Below, in pieces: positions 52,939 to 62,441 of a stretch of 64,000 nucleotides of DNA. The stretch is from NCBI GenBank assembly GCA_965207455.1, contig CBDBMJ010000001.1:896001-960000 (forward strand), written 5' to 3'. The stretch is from Bdellovibrionota bacterium. GTDB taxonomy: Bacteria; Bdellovibrionota; UBA1018; CAIPTA01; JAALKR01. The notes under the pieces are model-generated. The model was not told the DNA's origin. It was given only the letters and a program-made list of their open reading frames with translations, and did no database searches. The position numbers were made by a program, and so were the translations under genes. The first letter of the stretch is position 1. The number at the start of each line of letters is the position of its first letter.

Positions 52939-54477
52939 TCACCAAACAAGATACAAATCCTTATTCTCAATATAAAACCCCGACGGGCTAGACTCATTTT
53001 TAGAAAACCAATCCGGCAGGTTTAGATATATGATTTTGCGCTTCACATGACTTTCTATAAATGATGCTACAGTACTAGCTCTGATTTTTTCATTAGGACG
53101 ATAGGTTTCTACATAGCTTTCATTCCAGCGATATTTGAGATCCACATCCACATCATTAAACTTCATGGCAAATTTTCCATCCTCCACATACAACTTCACT
53201 TCCCCCGATAGTTTTGCTCTAAATTGAACATAAGATATATAACGACCCTTAATAGGCACCTCCATACCAATAAGAACTGACATATATATATCTCCAATAA
53301 TCTCTCCTTTATTTCTTCCAGTTTTTAAATTTCGTATGCTTGGTGGCGATGGTGCAAATGTATGAAACAAAAAATCTGTATCTTTAGGATATTTTAAAAG
53401 ATCAGGAAAAACTGCTTTTAATAGCCTTCGTTTATTTTTCACTAAATCTTGAAAATACTCAAACTCGTAGGTATGAATTGTTTCATTAAAAGACCCTGCA
53501 ATTTGGTGCGCCATAATTGCATAACGCAAGAATTTCACAGGAATCTGCATCGTTGTTTTATTTTCAAATGTAAGCATTGAACCTAAAGGATCATTAAAAT
53601 TGATAACAGTATCTTCTTTTAAAAAACTTTGTGTAACTTGAGCTTTCATTCTTCCTTCATTAATGATTTGTCCGTCATCTGTAACGCTTAATTGTTCTAT
53701 TTCTGTTAATAAATGCAGAGAACCTTTCTGTTTATCGGAGTTTAAAGGAGATAACATAATATTAGTAATACTATCTCCCCAACCATCAAGAAATCCTTGG
53801 ATGGATTTACTTAATTCAGCCTGTATCTCTTGTTTAGGACGTTCTAAATAGGCCAAAACTTCCTGTCTTACTTTTCTGTCGAAACCTCTGGATAATCCTC
53901 TGCAAGCTAAGTGATTTACAGACCAAGTATTTCCTGGCCAATCCACTTCCGACTCCAAATTATGGAACTTAAACTTATTATTTTCCAAAGTAAGCCCAAC
54001 ACGAGTGAATATTTCTGCACCCAATGCGCTTGTTAAGCGAACATCCTTGCAGGTACTCTGTAAGCGTGAACTTACTATTACACCACTAGCAACTTGCCTT
54101 CGAATAACTGTATCTACAGATATGCTACCTATAGCAAGGTCTACCCGTAGGCTTCGGGATCGAGTTTCCCACTCCAAGGTAGAAGCATCTCTCTCAGGCG
54201 GAGTCATTTGGTAATAGGCCACTCCTGTAATATCTTCAAGGGCAACAGGTATTTCAATATCACTCACCTTAACGTTTATATCAAAATCCTCAATCTGGAA
54301 CTCATTCCTATCTTCCACATTAGGCCATTCCTCTAAGATTACCTGTTCCATATGCTCACTGCCTAATTTCACACGAAAGGGTGTACTGGCTTCCCAGCTC
54401 CCTGATTCATTTAAGAATTTTCCTGACGCTGTTGGTATTAAAACGATTATAAATAACAATAAAGATATTTTTTTCAT
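52939..54477 (-). CDS. Secreted hypothetical protein, possibly a TULIP/BPI-like lipid-binding fold
   Basis: Signal peptide from ATG 54477; two halves of long beta-strands each followed by a long helix. The fold is an inference only. Confidence 0.6.
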   Translation of the reverse strand: MKKISLLLFIIVLIPTASGKFLNESGSWEASTPFRVKLGSEHMEQVILEEWPNVEDRNEFQIEDFDINVKVSDIEIPVALEDITGVAYYQMTPPERDASTLEWETRSRSLRVDLAIGSISVDTVIRRQVASGVIVSSRLQSTCKDVRLTSALGAEIFTRVGLTLENNKFKFHNLESEVDWPGNTWSVNHLACRGLSRGFDRKVRQEVLAYLERPKQEIQAELSKSIQGFLDGWGDSITNIMLSPLNSDKQKGSLHLLTEIEQLSVTDDGQIINEGRMKAQVTQSFLKEDTVINFNDPLGSMLTFENKTTMQIPVKFLRYAIMAHQIAGSFNETIHTYEFEYFQDLVKNKRRLLKAVFPDLLKYPKDTDFLFHTFAPSPPSIRNLKTGRNKGEIIGDIYMSVLIGMEVPIKGRYISYVQFRAKLSGEVKLYVEDGKFAMKFNDVDVDLKYRWNESYVETYRPNEKIRASTVASFIESHVKRKIIYLNLPDWFSKNESSPSGFYIENKDLYLVW

Positions 54478-54546
54478 TTTTTCATGTTCTCCCTTGACTA
54501 CTAGCATAACAAAATACTAGAATAAAATAAACGGGTATTTTTAATT

Positions 54547-57500
54547 ATGTTAATTTTTTTTAATAAAGAACGGAAACAGGTAAAAAGGCTACAGCTAGTG
54601 CCTAATCATGACTCTAGTAATGATCGTACTAAGCGCCTCCTACGATCCTCCTGGCTCATGATCCTTAGCTTAAGTGCTATTGCCCTACTTGGACTACTCT
54701 CCATAGATAAACTCCAAACCGAATACTCCATGGAGCAGTTTCAATACAGCGAACATCCTAACAAAAAACAAGAAGAAAAAATAGAAAACCTCTTTGGCGC
54801 AAATAAAGACGCCCCCATCTACCTACTCTTACAAATTGGCCCTCAAGAAAAGGGCACTTGGTTGGAAGAAAAAAGAATTGCCAAAATGAGAGAAGGTACT
54901 CAATATATTGACAATCTTTCCACAGTAGATAAAGTCACAAGCATCGCTACAGTAGAAGGTGCCACCACAAGTGATTCAAGCATTCAACTAGACCCAATCC
55001 TAAAAAATACTCCCACTAGCCAGTGGAAAGATCGCATATTAAAAGACCCTCTACTTAGTCCAAATCTTATCTCCAAAGACGGGCGAACAGCTCTTATCTA
55101 TATGGAGTTAGGAAAGAGTATTAATCCAAATCAAGTAAAAGAAACAGCAGGGCAAGCCAGTACAAAATTTCAAAAAATATTCCCACAGTCCCGGGTTCAT
55201 ATAGGAGGCTTTCCTATTATACATGCAAGAATGAATGGTTTGCTGACTTTAGAAATCATACAAATATTTGGAATTGCTATAATTTTTATGATTTTTGTTC
55301 TTCTTCTTGTGTTCAAAAATATATCAGGCATAATAATCCCACTGTATATTACAGCTCTAACAAATTTCATTGTACTTGCGTTTATGATATTTTTTGAATT
55401 TCCTTTTACTGTTCTATCCAGCACACTCCCTGTAATTATATGCACCATAATTGTTTCGCTTGTTATGCATACCATGATTCGTTTTTATAAAGAATATACG
55501 GATAAAGAAAAAAAAGAAAAAGCAATAATAAGGACCATGCGTTTACTATTTGTACCTAACCTACTCACTTCTCTTACAACATGTGTGGGCTTTATTGTTC
55601 TGTGTACAGCGGATGTACCTATTATTTCTCAATATGGCCTTGTTGTTTCTGTGAGTACAGTATTGGCTTGGGCTTGCTTCATGCTAGCTCTTCCTGCTTG
55701 CCTAATGATATTACCCACACCAATACCAAGGAATTGGACTCAAAAAAGTTCCAAGTTATTTTTATTTATTCCTAGGTATAGTAAACCTATTTTTATTGGA
55801 CTATGTATTTCCATTGTAATGATGTTAATAGTTGCGAAAGATCAAAACAATTCTGCCACTTTATTTCACGATATACCTAAAGATGATGCTGCTGGAAAAA
55901 CTACAAAATATATTGATGAAAAAATGGGGGGTATAATTCCATTAGAACTGGCACTACTATCACCAACAGAAAATTTTTGGGGTATTCCTGAAAACATCCA
56001 AAAAATGGATACATTTATCCAAAAGTGGCGTAGCAATCCAGAAATTGCTAACATAATTGGACTTTCCGATTTCTTACGAGCAGGCAACATAGAAAAACCC
56101 TTGCCAAAAACAAAACAAGAAATTGCAGAAATCTATTTCCTTTATTCTTTATCTGAGAATCAAATATTGAATTCTTACCTCACAGGGGCCAATAATAAAT
56201 CAAGAGTATCTATCCGATTCCAAGATATACCTTCCGATAAAATAAATATTTTAGTAGAATCACTTAAAGCAGATGCTGCAATTTTCTTCTCTGGAGTAGA
56301 AATACTAATATCAGGGGCTGCCGTTACTGTACATAGCGCCAATAAAGCTCTCAGCGAAGAACTTATTAATGGATTTTGGATGACTTTATTAATTATTAGC
56401 CTCTTGTTAATGATTATTTTCCGTTCCATACGCTGGACCATCCCTGCTATTGTTGCTAATCTCTTTCCTCCCATAACTCTCCTATCATGTATGGCTCTTT
56501 TCAATACTCCCATAACCCCATATGTGGCTATTATATTCTCTATATCACTGGGCATTGCTTTTAATAATACGGTTTATCTTCTTGGTCGCCTACGCTCTCT
56601 ATATATAGAAGGGCGTTATAACAGCGCTCCCATACAGTTGACTATCTATAAGGAAGGCCTACCCTGCATTCTCTCCACACTTCCCATACTTGTTGGATTC
56701 TTAGTCTTTTTCACCTCAAATTTTCAAATGAACCAAACCTTTGGCATGTATATGGTTATATCCATTATAAGTGGACTAATTGGTGATTTAATGCTTATGC
56801 CATCCATGATTCAGCTATTCCCAAATCTTGTGCCATCTATTAAACCACCTAAACAACCAATAATAGTAGATGAACAAAAGGTAAGCATTAGAGAAGAAGC
56901 TAAAATTTCAGTAGCTAGCATCTTAATCCTCCTAACCTTACTCTCAGGAGGAAATGCCATAGCCAGTGAAAACAAGCAAGCCTTAGAGACACAACCTAGT
57001 AAGATGGAGAAAAATCCTACTGCTAAAGAAATTCTAAAAAATATAGAAGACAATATGTTTGCTAAAACTGAGTATGCTAAAATAAAAATGAAAATTATCG
57101 AAAAGAACGGAACAAAAAAAAACAGCAGCATGTCTATCAAAAGAAAATCAAAAAATGGAAAAAATAGCGTAATGGTTCGAATGATAAGCCCTACCGATAT
57201 AAGAGGTACAGGTCTATTAAGCATACATGAAGGTGACACCAGGAATCAATGGCTATTCTTACCATCTTCAAAACGAACTCGAAGAGTATCCAGCAATAAA
57301 AATGGCGGCTCTTTTCTTGGATCAGAGCTAAGCTATGAAGATTTAAGTGGGAATTTATGGTCTCATAACAAAAGTAAAATCATAAAAAATAAAATGATAG
57401 ATGGAAAAGAGTTTTTTGTGATTAATGTAGTACCGAGAAACAAGGAAAGCGTTTATAGCAAAGCCATTCTTCTAGTTGCTAAAAAAAATAGTCTATTAAA

Positions 57501-57714
57501 GAAAATACAGTATTATGATAAGAAAGGAAACTACCTTAAAGTTGCCGTCTTCTCAAAGTATAAAAAATTTAAAAATAATATTTGGCGCGCCCGAAAATTG
57601 AAAATTAATAATGTACAGAAAAAAAGACAAACAATTCTTCTTTTAAAAAATATTAAATTAAATAAAAAAATAAAAGATTATTACTTCTCAATAGCTCACC
57701 TGGAAGACATATAG
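54547..57714 (+). CDS. MMPL/RND-family transporter fused to a C-terminal LolA-like outer-membrane lipoprotein-sorting domain
   Basis: Two-repeat MMPL topology; C-terminal P-x-DIRGTGLL, QWLFLPS, RTRR, SFLGSELSYEDL, YYDKKGNYLK typical of LolA-like sorting proteins. Confidence 0.88.
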   Translation: MLIFFNKERKQVKRLQLVPNHDSSNDRTKRLLRSSWLMILSLSAIALLGLLSIDKLQTEYSMEQFQYSEHPNKKQEEKIENLFGANKDAPIYLLLQIGPQEKGTWLEEKRIAKMREGTQYIDNLSTVDKVTSIATVEGATTSDSSIQLDPILKNTPTSQWKDRILKDPLLSPNLISKDGRTALIYMELGKSINPNQVKETAGQASTKFQKIFPQSRVHIGGFPIIHARMNGLLTLEIIQIFGIAIIFMIFVLLLVFKNISGIIIPLYITALTNFIVLAFMIFFEFPFTVLSSTLPVIICTIIVSLVMHTMIRFYKEYTDKEKKEKAIIRTMRLLFVPNLLTSLTTCVGFIVLCTADVPIISQYGLVVSVSTVLAWACFMLALPACLMILPTPIPRNWTQKSSKLFLFIPRYSKPIFIGLCISIVMMLIVAKDQNNSATLFHDIPKDDAAGKTTKYIDEKMGGIIPLELALLSPTENFWGIPENIQKMDTFIQKWRSNPEIANIIGLSDFLRAGNIEKPLPKTKQEIAEIYFLYSLSENQILNSYLTGANNKSRVSIRFQDIPSDKINILVESLKADAAIFFSGVEILISGAAVTVHSANKALSEELINGFWMTLLIISLLLMIIFRSIRWTIPAIVANLFPPITLLSCMALFNTPITPYVAIIFSISLGIAFNNTVYLLGRLRSLYIEGRYNSAPIQLTIYKEGLPCILSTLPILVGFLVFFTSNFQMNQTFGMYMVISIISGLIGDLMLMPSMIQLFPNLVPSIKPPKQPIIVDEQKVSIREEAKISVASILILLTLLSGGNAIASENKQALETQPSKMEKNPTAKEILKNIEDNMFAKTEYAKIKMKIIEKNGTKKNSSMSIKRKSKNGKNSVMVRMISPTDIRGTGLLSIHEGDTRNQWLFLPSSKRTRRVSSNKNGGSFLGSELSYEDLSGNLWSHNKSKIIKNKMIDGKEFFVINVVPRNKESVYSKAILLVAKKNSLLKKIQYYDKKGNYLKVAVFSKYKKFKNNIWRARKLKINNVQKKRQTILLLKNIKLNKKIKDYYFSIAHLEDI

Positions 57715-57720
57715 GAAACG

Positions 57721-57866
57721 GGCGGACCTGGGTCTGTGAGCCTGTAAAGTAAATTGTGTAACTTCGTTTCTAGTACCTGATTATTTCCTAAAAAAACAAT
57801 CAAAATTACTTTACAGGCTCCCCTTCCGAGCAGACAGACCCTAGCTTGAAGCTAAGGTCTATCGCC
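57721..57866. repeat. Nested inverted-repeat element (MITE/REP-like or structured RNA)
   Basis: Perfect 15-bp IR gagcctgtaaagtaa (57738-57752)/ttactttacaggctc (57806-57820) inside gggtctgt/acagaccc, gacct/aggtc and ggcg/cgcc pairs. Confidence 0.75.
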
Positions 57867-57883
57867 TAGATATTTATAGCTCT

Positions 57884-58528
57884 TTAAGCTGCCTTTCCAT
57901 CCCGACTATTTTCCAACACTTTATGGGCAATTTTCTGTAATAAGTGTTGATATAAAGTACTTGTGGTTTCCAGTGTACTTAATACCACCTTCTTCCTATC
58001 CTCAGTGAATTCATCTTCAATTCGCTTAATTCCCATGGGAAAATGATCTTGATCTATAGTAGAATGCAGCCTCAGAAACTTTGTTGCTTTTGTGTCCATA
58101 GCATTCTCTATCCGTATTGCCATTGGTTCACAAACCTCACAACTAAGACCCTCTAATAACAAAGCATAGCTCAGGTGAGCATCTGGACCGTTTTGTTGAA
58201 TCTCATAGTATTGACTAGCTAATAAAGCTTTTACTTCAGGTAAGGGTGGTGCCATAGATACATGACCCAAAGATTGCATGTCCTCTATAAATATAATATC
58301 ATGACCCTCCTCTTCTTTTAAGTGTTCAGTCCACCAATTAAACTCTTTCTCATTTTCCACATCCACTTTGGAAGCACAAAGCGCAAGATACCGAGTAGTG
58401 TGCTGAATTAAATGATAATGTTGATTCATCCACTGACAATAAAAATCTTTATTCTCAAATGGTACTTCCTTTATAACCACTGATAACCTATCGATTTCCT
58501 CTTGAAACTCTTTTAATATACTCATCAC
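57884..58528 (-). CDS. Heme-oxygenase-like diiron enzyme (iron-containing redox enzyme / HDO family)
   Basis: Metal-ligand pattern QHYH..QHT, EHLKEEEGH, LLEG, FLRLHSTIDQDH. Confidence 0.85.
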   Translation of the reverse strand: MMSILKEFQEEIDRLSVVIKEVPFENKDFYCQWMNQHYHLIQHTTRYLALCASKVDVENEKEFNWWTEHLKEEEGHDIIFIEDMQSLGHVSMAPPLPEVKALLASQYYEIQQNGPDAHLSYALLLEGLSCEVCEPMAIRIENAMDTKATKFLRLHSTIDQDHFPMGIKRIEDEFTEDRKKVVLSTLETTSTLYQHLLQKIAHKVLENSRDGKAA

Positions 58529-59226
58529 ATTGCCTCCTTGTTTATACGTTTTATTTGTTCATTCGTACCTAAATATTTTCTATTCTTCCAGAAATGATCT
58601 ACCATGCTATTTACTGATTCTTTGGGATATAAGCTGGGCTTAGAGCAAAACATTTGAACAACTGGATTATGGTGCATTTCCTTTTTATTTGAAAATTCTT
58701 CAAAATTGAATTTTCTTGCTGTAGATGCCGAGGGCACATCTGATCTAGCTAAAGTAATTCCACCATCTAAATTATCCTCCAGTTGATGCTTAATACTTAA
58801 TCCAGCAATAATAGCACCAAAATTTACCCCTGTCTTTCGAGCAGTCCATTCTGAATCAACCATAAGATATTGAAAAGATTGTACTAGATTTATTCCTTCT
58901 TCTTTCATTCTTGTAAAAAATTCTTGATCATACGAAGAAAAATAAGGATGGTCACTCATCTCACAAGAAAGATTATAGGTAGACAATAAGTTCATGCTAA
59001 TGATCTTCGCCCCTTGCAACAGTGCTGTGATTTTATCCTGTCGATAAAAATCTAAAGAATCTACCTTTATATCTTCACCCATGCCCTGGTAATGACTCTG
59101 CCAATACTGTTTCCAATAAGAATAGAGTTGGTTGTACACTTCAACTCCCTCAAAAGATAGGGTTGGCTTTCCGGGTACAATCACATAATCTATTTCATCT
59201 AAATTTATATTTACTCTTCTAAGCAT
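58525..59226 (-). CDS. Hypothetical protein with probable GNAT/acyl-synthase fold
   Basis: FQYLMVDSEWTARKTGVNFGAII resembles GNAT motif A; its stop overlaps the HDO start (ATGTGATGA). Confidence 0.6.
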   Translation of the reverse strand: MLRRVNINLDEIDYVIVPGKPTLSFEGVEVYNQLYSYWKQYWQSHYQGMGEDIKVDSLDFYRQDKITALLQGAKIISMNLLSTYNLSCEMSDHPYFSSYDQEFFTRMKEEGINLVQSFQYLMVDSEWTARKTGVNFGAIIAGLSIKHQLEDNLDGGITLARSDVPSASTARKFNFEEFSNKKEMHHNPVVQMFCSKPSLYPKESVNSMVDHFWKNRKYLGTNEQIKRINKEAM

Positions 59227-59373
59227 GTTTACCTACTCGACCCATCGATCAGAAAAGTTTAGGGAAAATTAAAAAAAATAAAATATATTTAATTCAGCAA
59301 AAAACCTTATTAGGTTGAACTTTTTTTTCAGAAAAATATTGAAATCTGTATGTTTTATGTTATTTAAAAATAA

Positions 59374-60138
59374 GTGAAGCTAATCTCAGACAAAAATATT
59401 TTTAATAGCAAAAAACCTCCCAACCCAAAGATAATCTTTGAAATACTAGAGGAAATTGCTTCCGAATACTGTCAACACACAAAAGAAAATAGCGCCATGC
59501 GTCTAACCTCAGTCCATGACTATGAACGAAGTTCCTTGCTAGAAAAAATCTCAAACCTTTCCATCGACAACCAGAAAAAAAGACTCGATGAATCTATTCA
59601 GCGATATGAAAATGTCAGAAATATCTATAAAACAGGCACCATATTCTATCAAAAAAAACGGAGCCTCAATGCCTTTTTACGCCTCCATCGCCTGAGGATG
59701 CCTAACGATAGTGAGGTATTTCAACTAATAAACAATGAAACCTTAATAGAAATATATAACCTACACTCTTCCCAAGTATACCGCAGTCTAGATTTTATGG
59801 ATTTTGTAAGTCACAGCATAATGTCTTTAGAGGTTTCAGAATGGTGGGAATTATTTTCTCGATCTGAGAAAATTCTCAGTAGAATTTATGGCTTGGCTTT
59901 GGACATATATAGTGGAAAAGTGGAAGAACCCATCTTTAATCCAGTAGGCTTGCATACAGTAAAAGAAATTAATTCCAGAACACCATTATGCGCCCAACTC
60001 CTCCCCTTGGTTTATGCCCCTCTGTTTACTCAAAACGGAAAGGTAGAAGGAGCACTTCACCTCTTCAAGATCGAAAGCCTACAATCCCTAAATTTCAAAG
60101 TAATTAGCACTAAAAATACCTCAAAATCACTAAGCTAA
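59374..60138 (+). CDS. Hypothetical cytoplasmic protein with PAS-like C-terminal domain
   Basis: LIEIYNLHSSQVYRSLDFMDFVSHSIMSLEVSEWWELF resembles the PAS N-terminal signature; divergent from the GNAT-HDO operon. Confidence 0.55.
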   Translation: MKLISDKNIFNSKKPPNPKIIFEILEEIASEYCQHTKENSAMRLTSVHDYERSSLLEKISNLSIDNQKKRLDESIQRYENVRNIYKTGTIFYQKKRSLNAFLRLHRLRMPNDSEVFQLINNETLIEIYNLHSSQVYRSLDFMDFVSHSIMSLEVSEWWELFSRSEKILSRIYGLALDIYSGKVEEPIFNPVGLHTVKEINSRTPLCAQLLPLVYAPLFTQNGKVEGALHLFKIESLQSLNFKVISTKNTSKSLS

Positions 60139-62093
60139 AAGGAAAATCTAATGGGAATAGGACTTAAGGAGTCCCCCATTTGACCCACCGCTGATCCAAT
60201 GGAAAGAACAGTACCCTGACCCAGTTGCCCCGAATTATTCTTCCCCCAACACTTTATTGTATAATCCTCCAACACAGAACAACTATACTCTGCCCCTGCG
60301 GAAATAGAGCTAATAACTACAGCATCGCCTAAATTGATAGCACCTAGCGCTGCTATACTGCTATTGGTGCTTCCTCCTACACTATCTGCATTTCCCTGCC
60401 CAAGTTGTCCCTCTGTATTGCCTCCCCAACACTTTAACGTAGTATCACTAAGAAGAGCGCAGGTATGATCCCTTCCTGTACTTATGGAACCTGCAGTTAT
60501 ATTTGTCCCAAAGTCAATGGGATTGAGATTTGCCATTTCATCTATGGCATCTCCAATATTGAGTTCATCGCCTTGTCCCAGTTGACCCGAAGAATTTAAA
60601 CCCCAGCATATTACAGAGTCATCATCTAAAATGCTACAGGTATGGTTTGCCCCAGCGGCAATAGCTTTTGCCGTTCTACTCGTCCCTAAATTGATAGCAG
60701 TAAGAGCAGCCATTTCACCAGAGGCATCACCAATATTAGAGGTGCTATCCTGACCCAATTGACCGGAAGAATTCAACCCCCAACACTTTACAGAGTCATT
60801 ATCTAAAATGGCACAAGTATGGTTTTCCCCAGCAGCAACAGCCTTAGCCGTTCTACTCGTTCCTAAATTGATAGCAGTAAGAGTAGCCATTTCACCAGAG
60901 GCATCACCAATAGTAGAGGTGCTATCCTGACCCAATTGACCGGAAGAATTCAACCCCCAACACTTTACAGAGTCATTATCTAAAATAGCACAAGTATGGT
61001 TTTCCCCAGCAGAAATAGCCTTGGCCGTTCTACCTGTTCCTAAGTTGATGCTACTAAGACCAGACACCTCACCAGAGGCATCACCAATAGTAGAGGTGCT
61101 ATCCTGACCCAGTTGGCCCGAAGAATTCAACCCCCAACACTTTACAGAGTCATTATCTAAAATAGCACAAGTATGGTTTTCCCCAGCAGAAATAGCCTTG
61201 GCCGTTCTACCTGTTCCTAAGTCAATAGAGGGGAGGAATTCTAGCTCACCACTCTCATCACCAGTAGTGTCTGTGTTTCCCTGCCCCAGCTCACCATTAG
61301 TAGAAACCCCCCAACAGCGAACACTCTTATCAGGTGAAAGAACGCAAGCATGCTCTTCTCCTGCACTAATAGAAGGCACTTCCCCTAGGGCTACCGCTCG
61401 AGATGGCTGGAAGGCTATATTAAGGTTACTGGCCCCATCTGTGATCACACCAGAGCTAATCGAAATACCCATCAAACCAACACCAGTACAGCCAGACACC
61501 TCCACCACTTGATCACTCAAAGCCTCTCCAATAATAGAGGTACTACATCCTGTGGATTCACCCTGAAAGCTAATGCTCCCGACTTCCAAGTTAGAACTAG
61601 ATAGACCAACACCACTATCCGAATATTCTAAAGAAAATCGAAAAATGGTGCTCGAGTCTCCCCCATCTCTATTTATACTATTTAAAGTAATCGTAGGTGC
61701 TGTATTGTCCACAACACCTATATTAGTTTTTTCTATTGCGCCCACTGAATTTCCTAGAACATCTAGTGCTGTACCTGAAGCTATGGAGACTCCAATACTA
61801 CCATCTCCCGTACATCCTGTTATTTCAACCCTTCGAACTAAATCTCCTGTTTCTATTACAGTTACAGAACAATTCTCTGAATCCCCTGTTACTGTTACAT
61901 CACTTGCCATAAGAGTAATCGTCTCAGCAGCAATGTATTGAATACCAAAACCAAATGTAGTAGTAGAATTACCAACACTTGGACTTACATCTCCCATAAG
62001 AACAGATAAATCGGCAAGAATTTCTTTATCAGAATTCCCACAAGATATATTAAACAACAGTAACGACAAAAAAATAAATTTAAACCTCTTCAT
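60135..62093 (-). CDS. Surface lipoprotein with Ig-like stalk and RCC1-type beta-propeller repeats
   Basis: ISC lipobox; seven AG-x2-HTC...VKCWG-x-N-x2-GQLG repeats. Confidence 0.92.
   Translation of the reverse strand: MKRFKFIFLSLLLFNISCGNSDKEILADLSVLMGDVSPSVGNSTTTFGFGIQYIAAETITLMASDVTVTGDSENCSVTVIETGDLVRRVEITGCTGDGSIGVSIASGTALDVLGNSVGAIEKTNIGVVDNTAPTITLNSINRDGGDSSTIFRFSLEYSDSGVGLSSSNLEVGSISFQGESTGCSTSIIGEALSDQVVEVSGCTGVGLMGISISSGVITDGASNLNIAFQPSRAVALGEVPSISAGEEHACVLSPDKSVRCWGVSTNGELGQGNTDTTGDESGELEFLPSIDLGTGRTAKAISAGENHTCAILDNDSVKCWGLNSSGQLGQDSTSTIGDASGEVSGLSSINLGTGRTAKAISAGENHTCAILDNDSVKCWGLNSSGQLGQDSTSTIGDASGEMATLTAINLGTSRTAKAVAAGENHTCAILDNDSVKCWGLNSSGQLGQDSTSNIGDASGEMAALTAINLGTSRTAKAIAAGANHTCSILDDDSVICWGLNSSGQLGQGDELNIGDAIDEMANLNPIDFGTNITAGSISTGRDHTCALLSDTTLKCWGGNTEGQLGQGNADSVGGSTNSSIAALGAINLGDAVVISSISAGAEYSCSVLEDYTIKCWGKNNSGQLGQGTVLSIGSAVGQMGDSLSPIPIRFSF
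60600..61230 (-). repeat. 177-bp (59-aa) near-identical internal repeats
   Basis: caacactttacagagtcatt recurs at 60781, 60958 and 61135. Confidence 0.9.
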
Positions 62094-62380
62094 GTATTAG
62101 ACTCCCTCTCAATAATTTTTAAACAGACATATATAAATATAAATCATTTATTCAAAATATAAAAAAAATATTTATAAATTATTTTTTCGTTTAAAGATAA
62201 ACGCAAATATGATTTTATTTACTTGGAAGAATAGAAATACATGAAACTTCAGAAGAGAAAACAGGATTGGGTTGGAAAGAAAATTTCTTAATTTAGATGA
62301 AAGAGAGTTAATGCAACGCAGCTTCATGATGAAGATGCCTAGAGGAGGACTTGTTTCGTTATTTTTTTGCTTTTAGTATC

Positions 62381-62424
62381 AACTACCCCCCTCATGTCTG
62401 TTTTACAACAAAAGGAGGGTAGTT
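62381..62424 (-). terminator. Stem-loop just downstream of the small peptide gene
   Basis: Minus strand AACTACCCTCCT...AGGGGGGTAGTT, 12-bp stem with one G-U pair; weak U-tail. Confidence 0.55.
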
Positions 62425-62441
62425 AATGAATAGAACTTTAA

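Noticed and set aside
59233..59262. Sigma28-like TAAA...GTCGAGTA upstream of the GNAT-like gene
   Set aside because: Poor -10 match, 16-nt spacer, and too close to the start codon to leave room for a leader.
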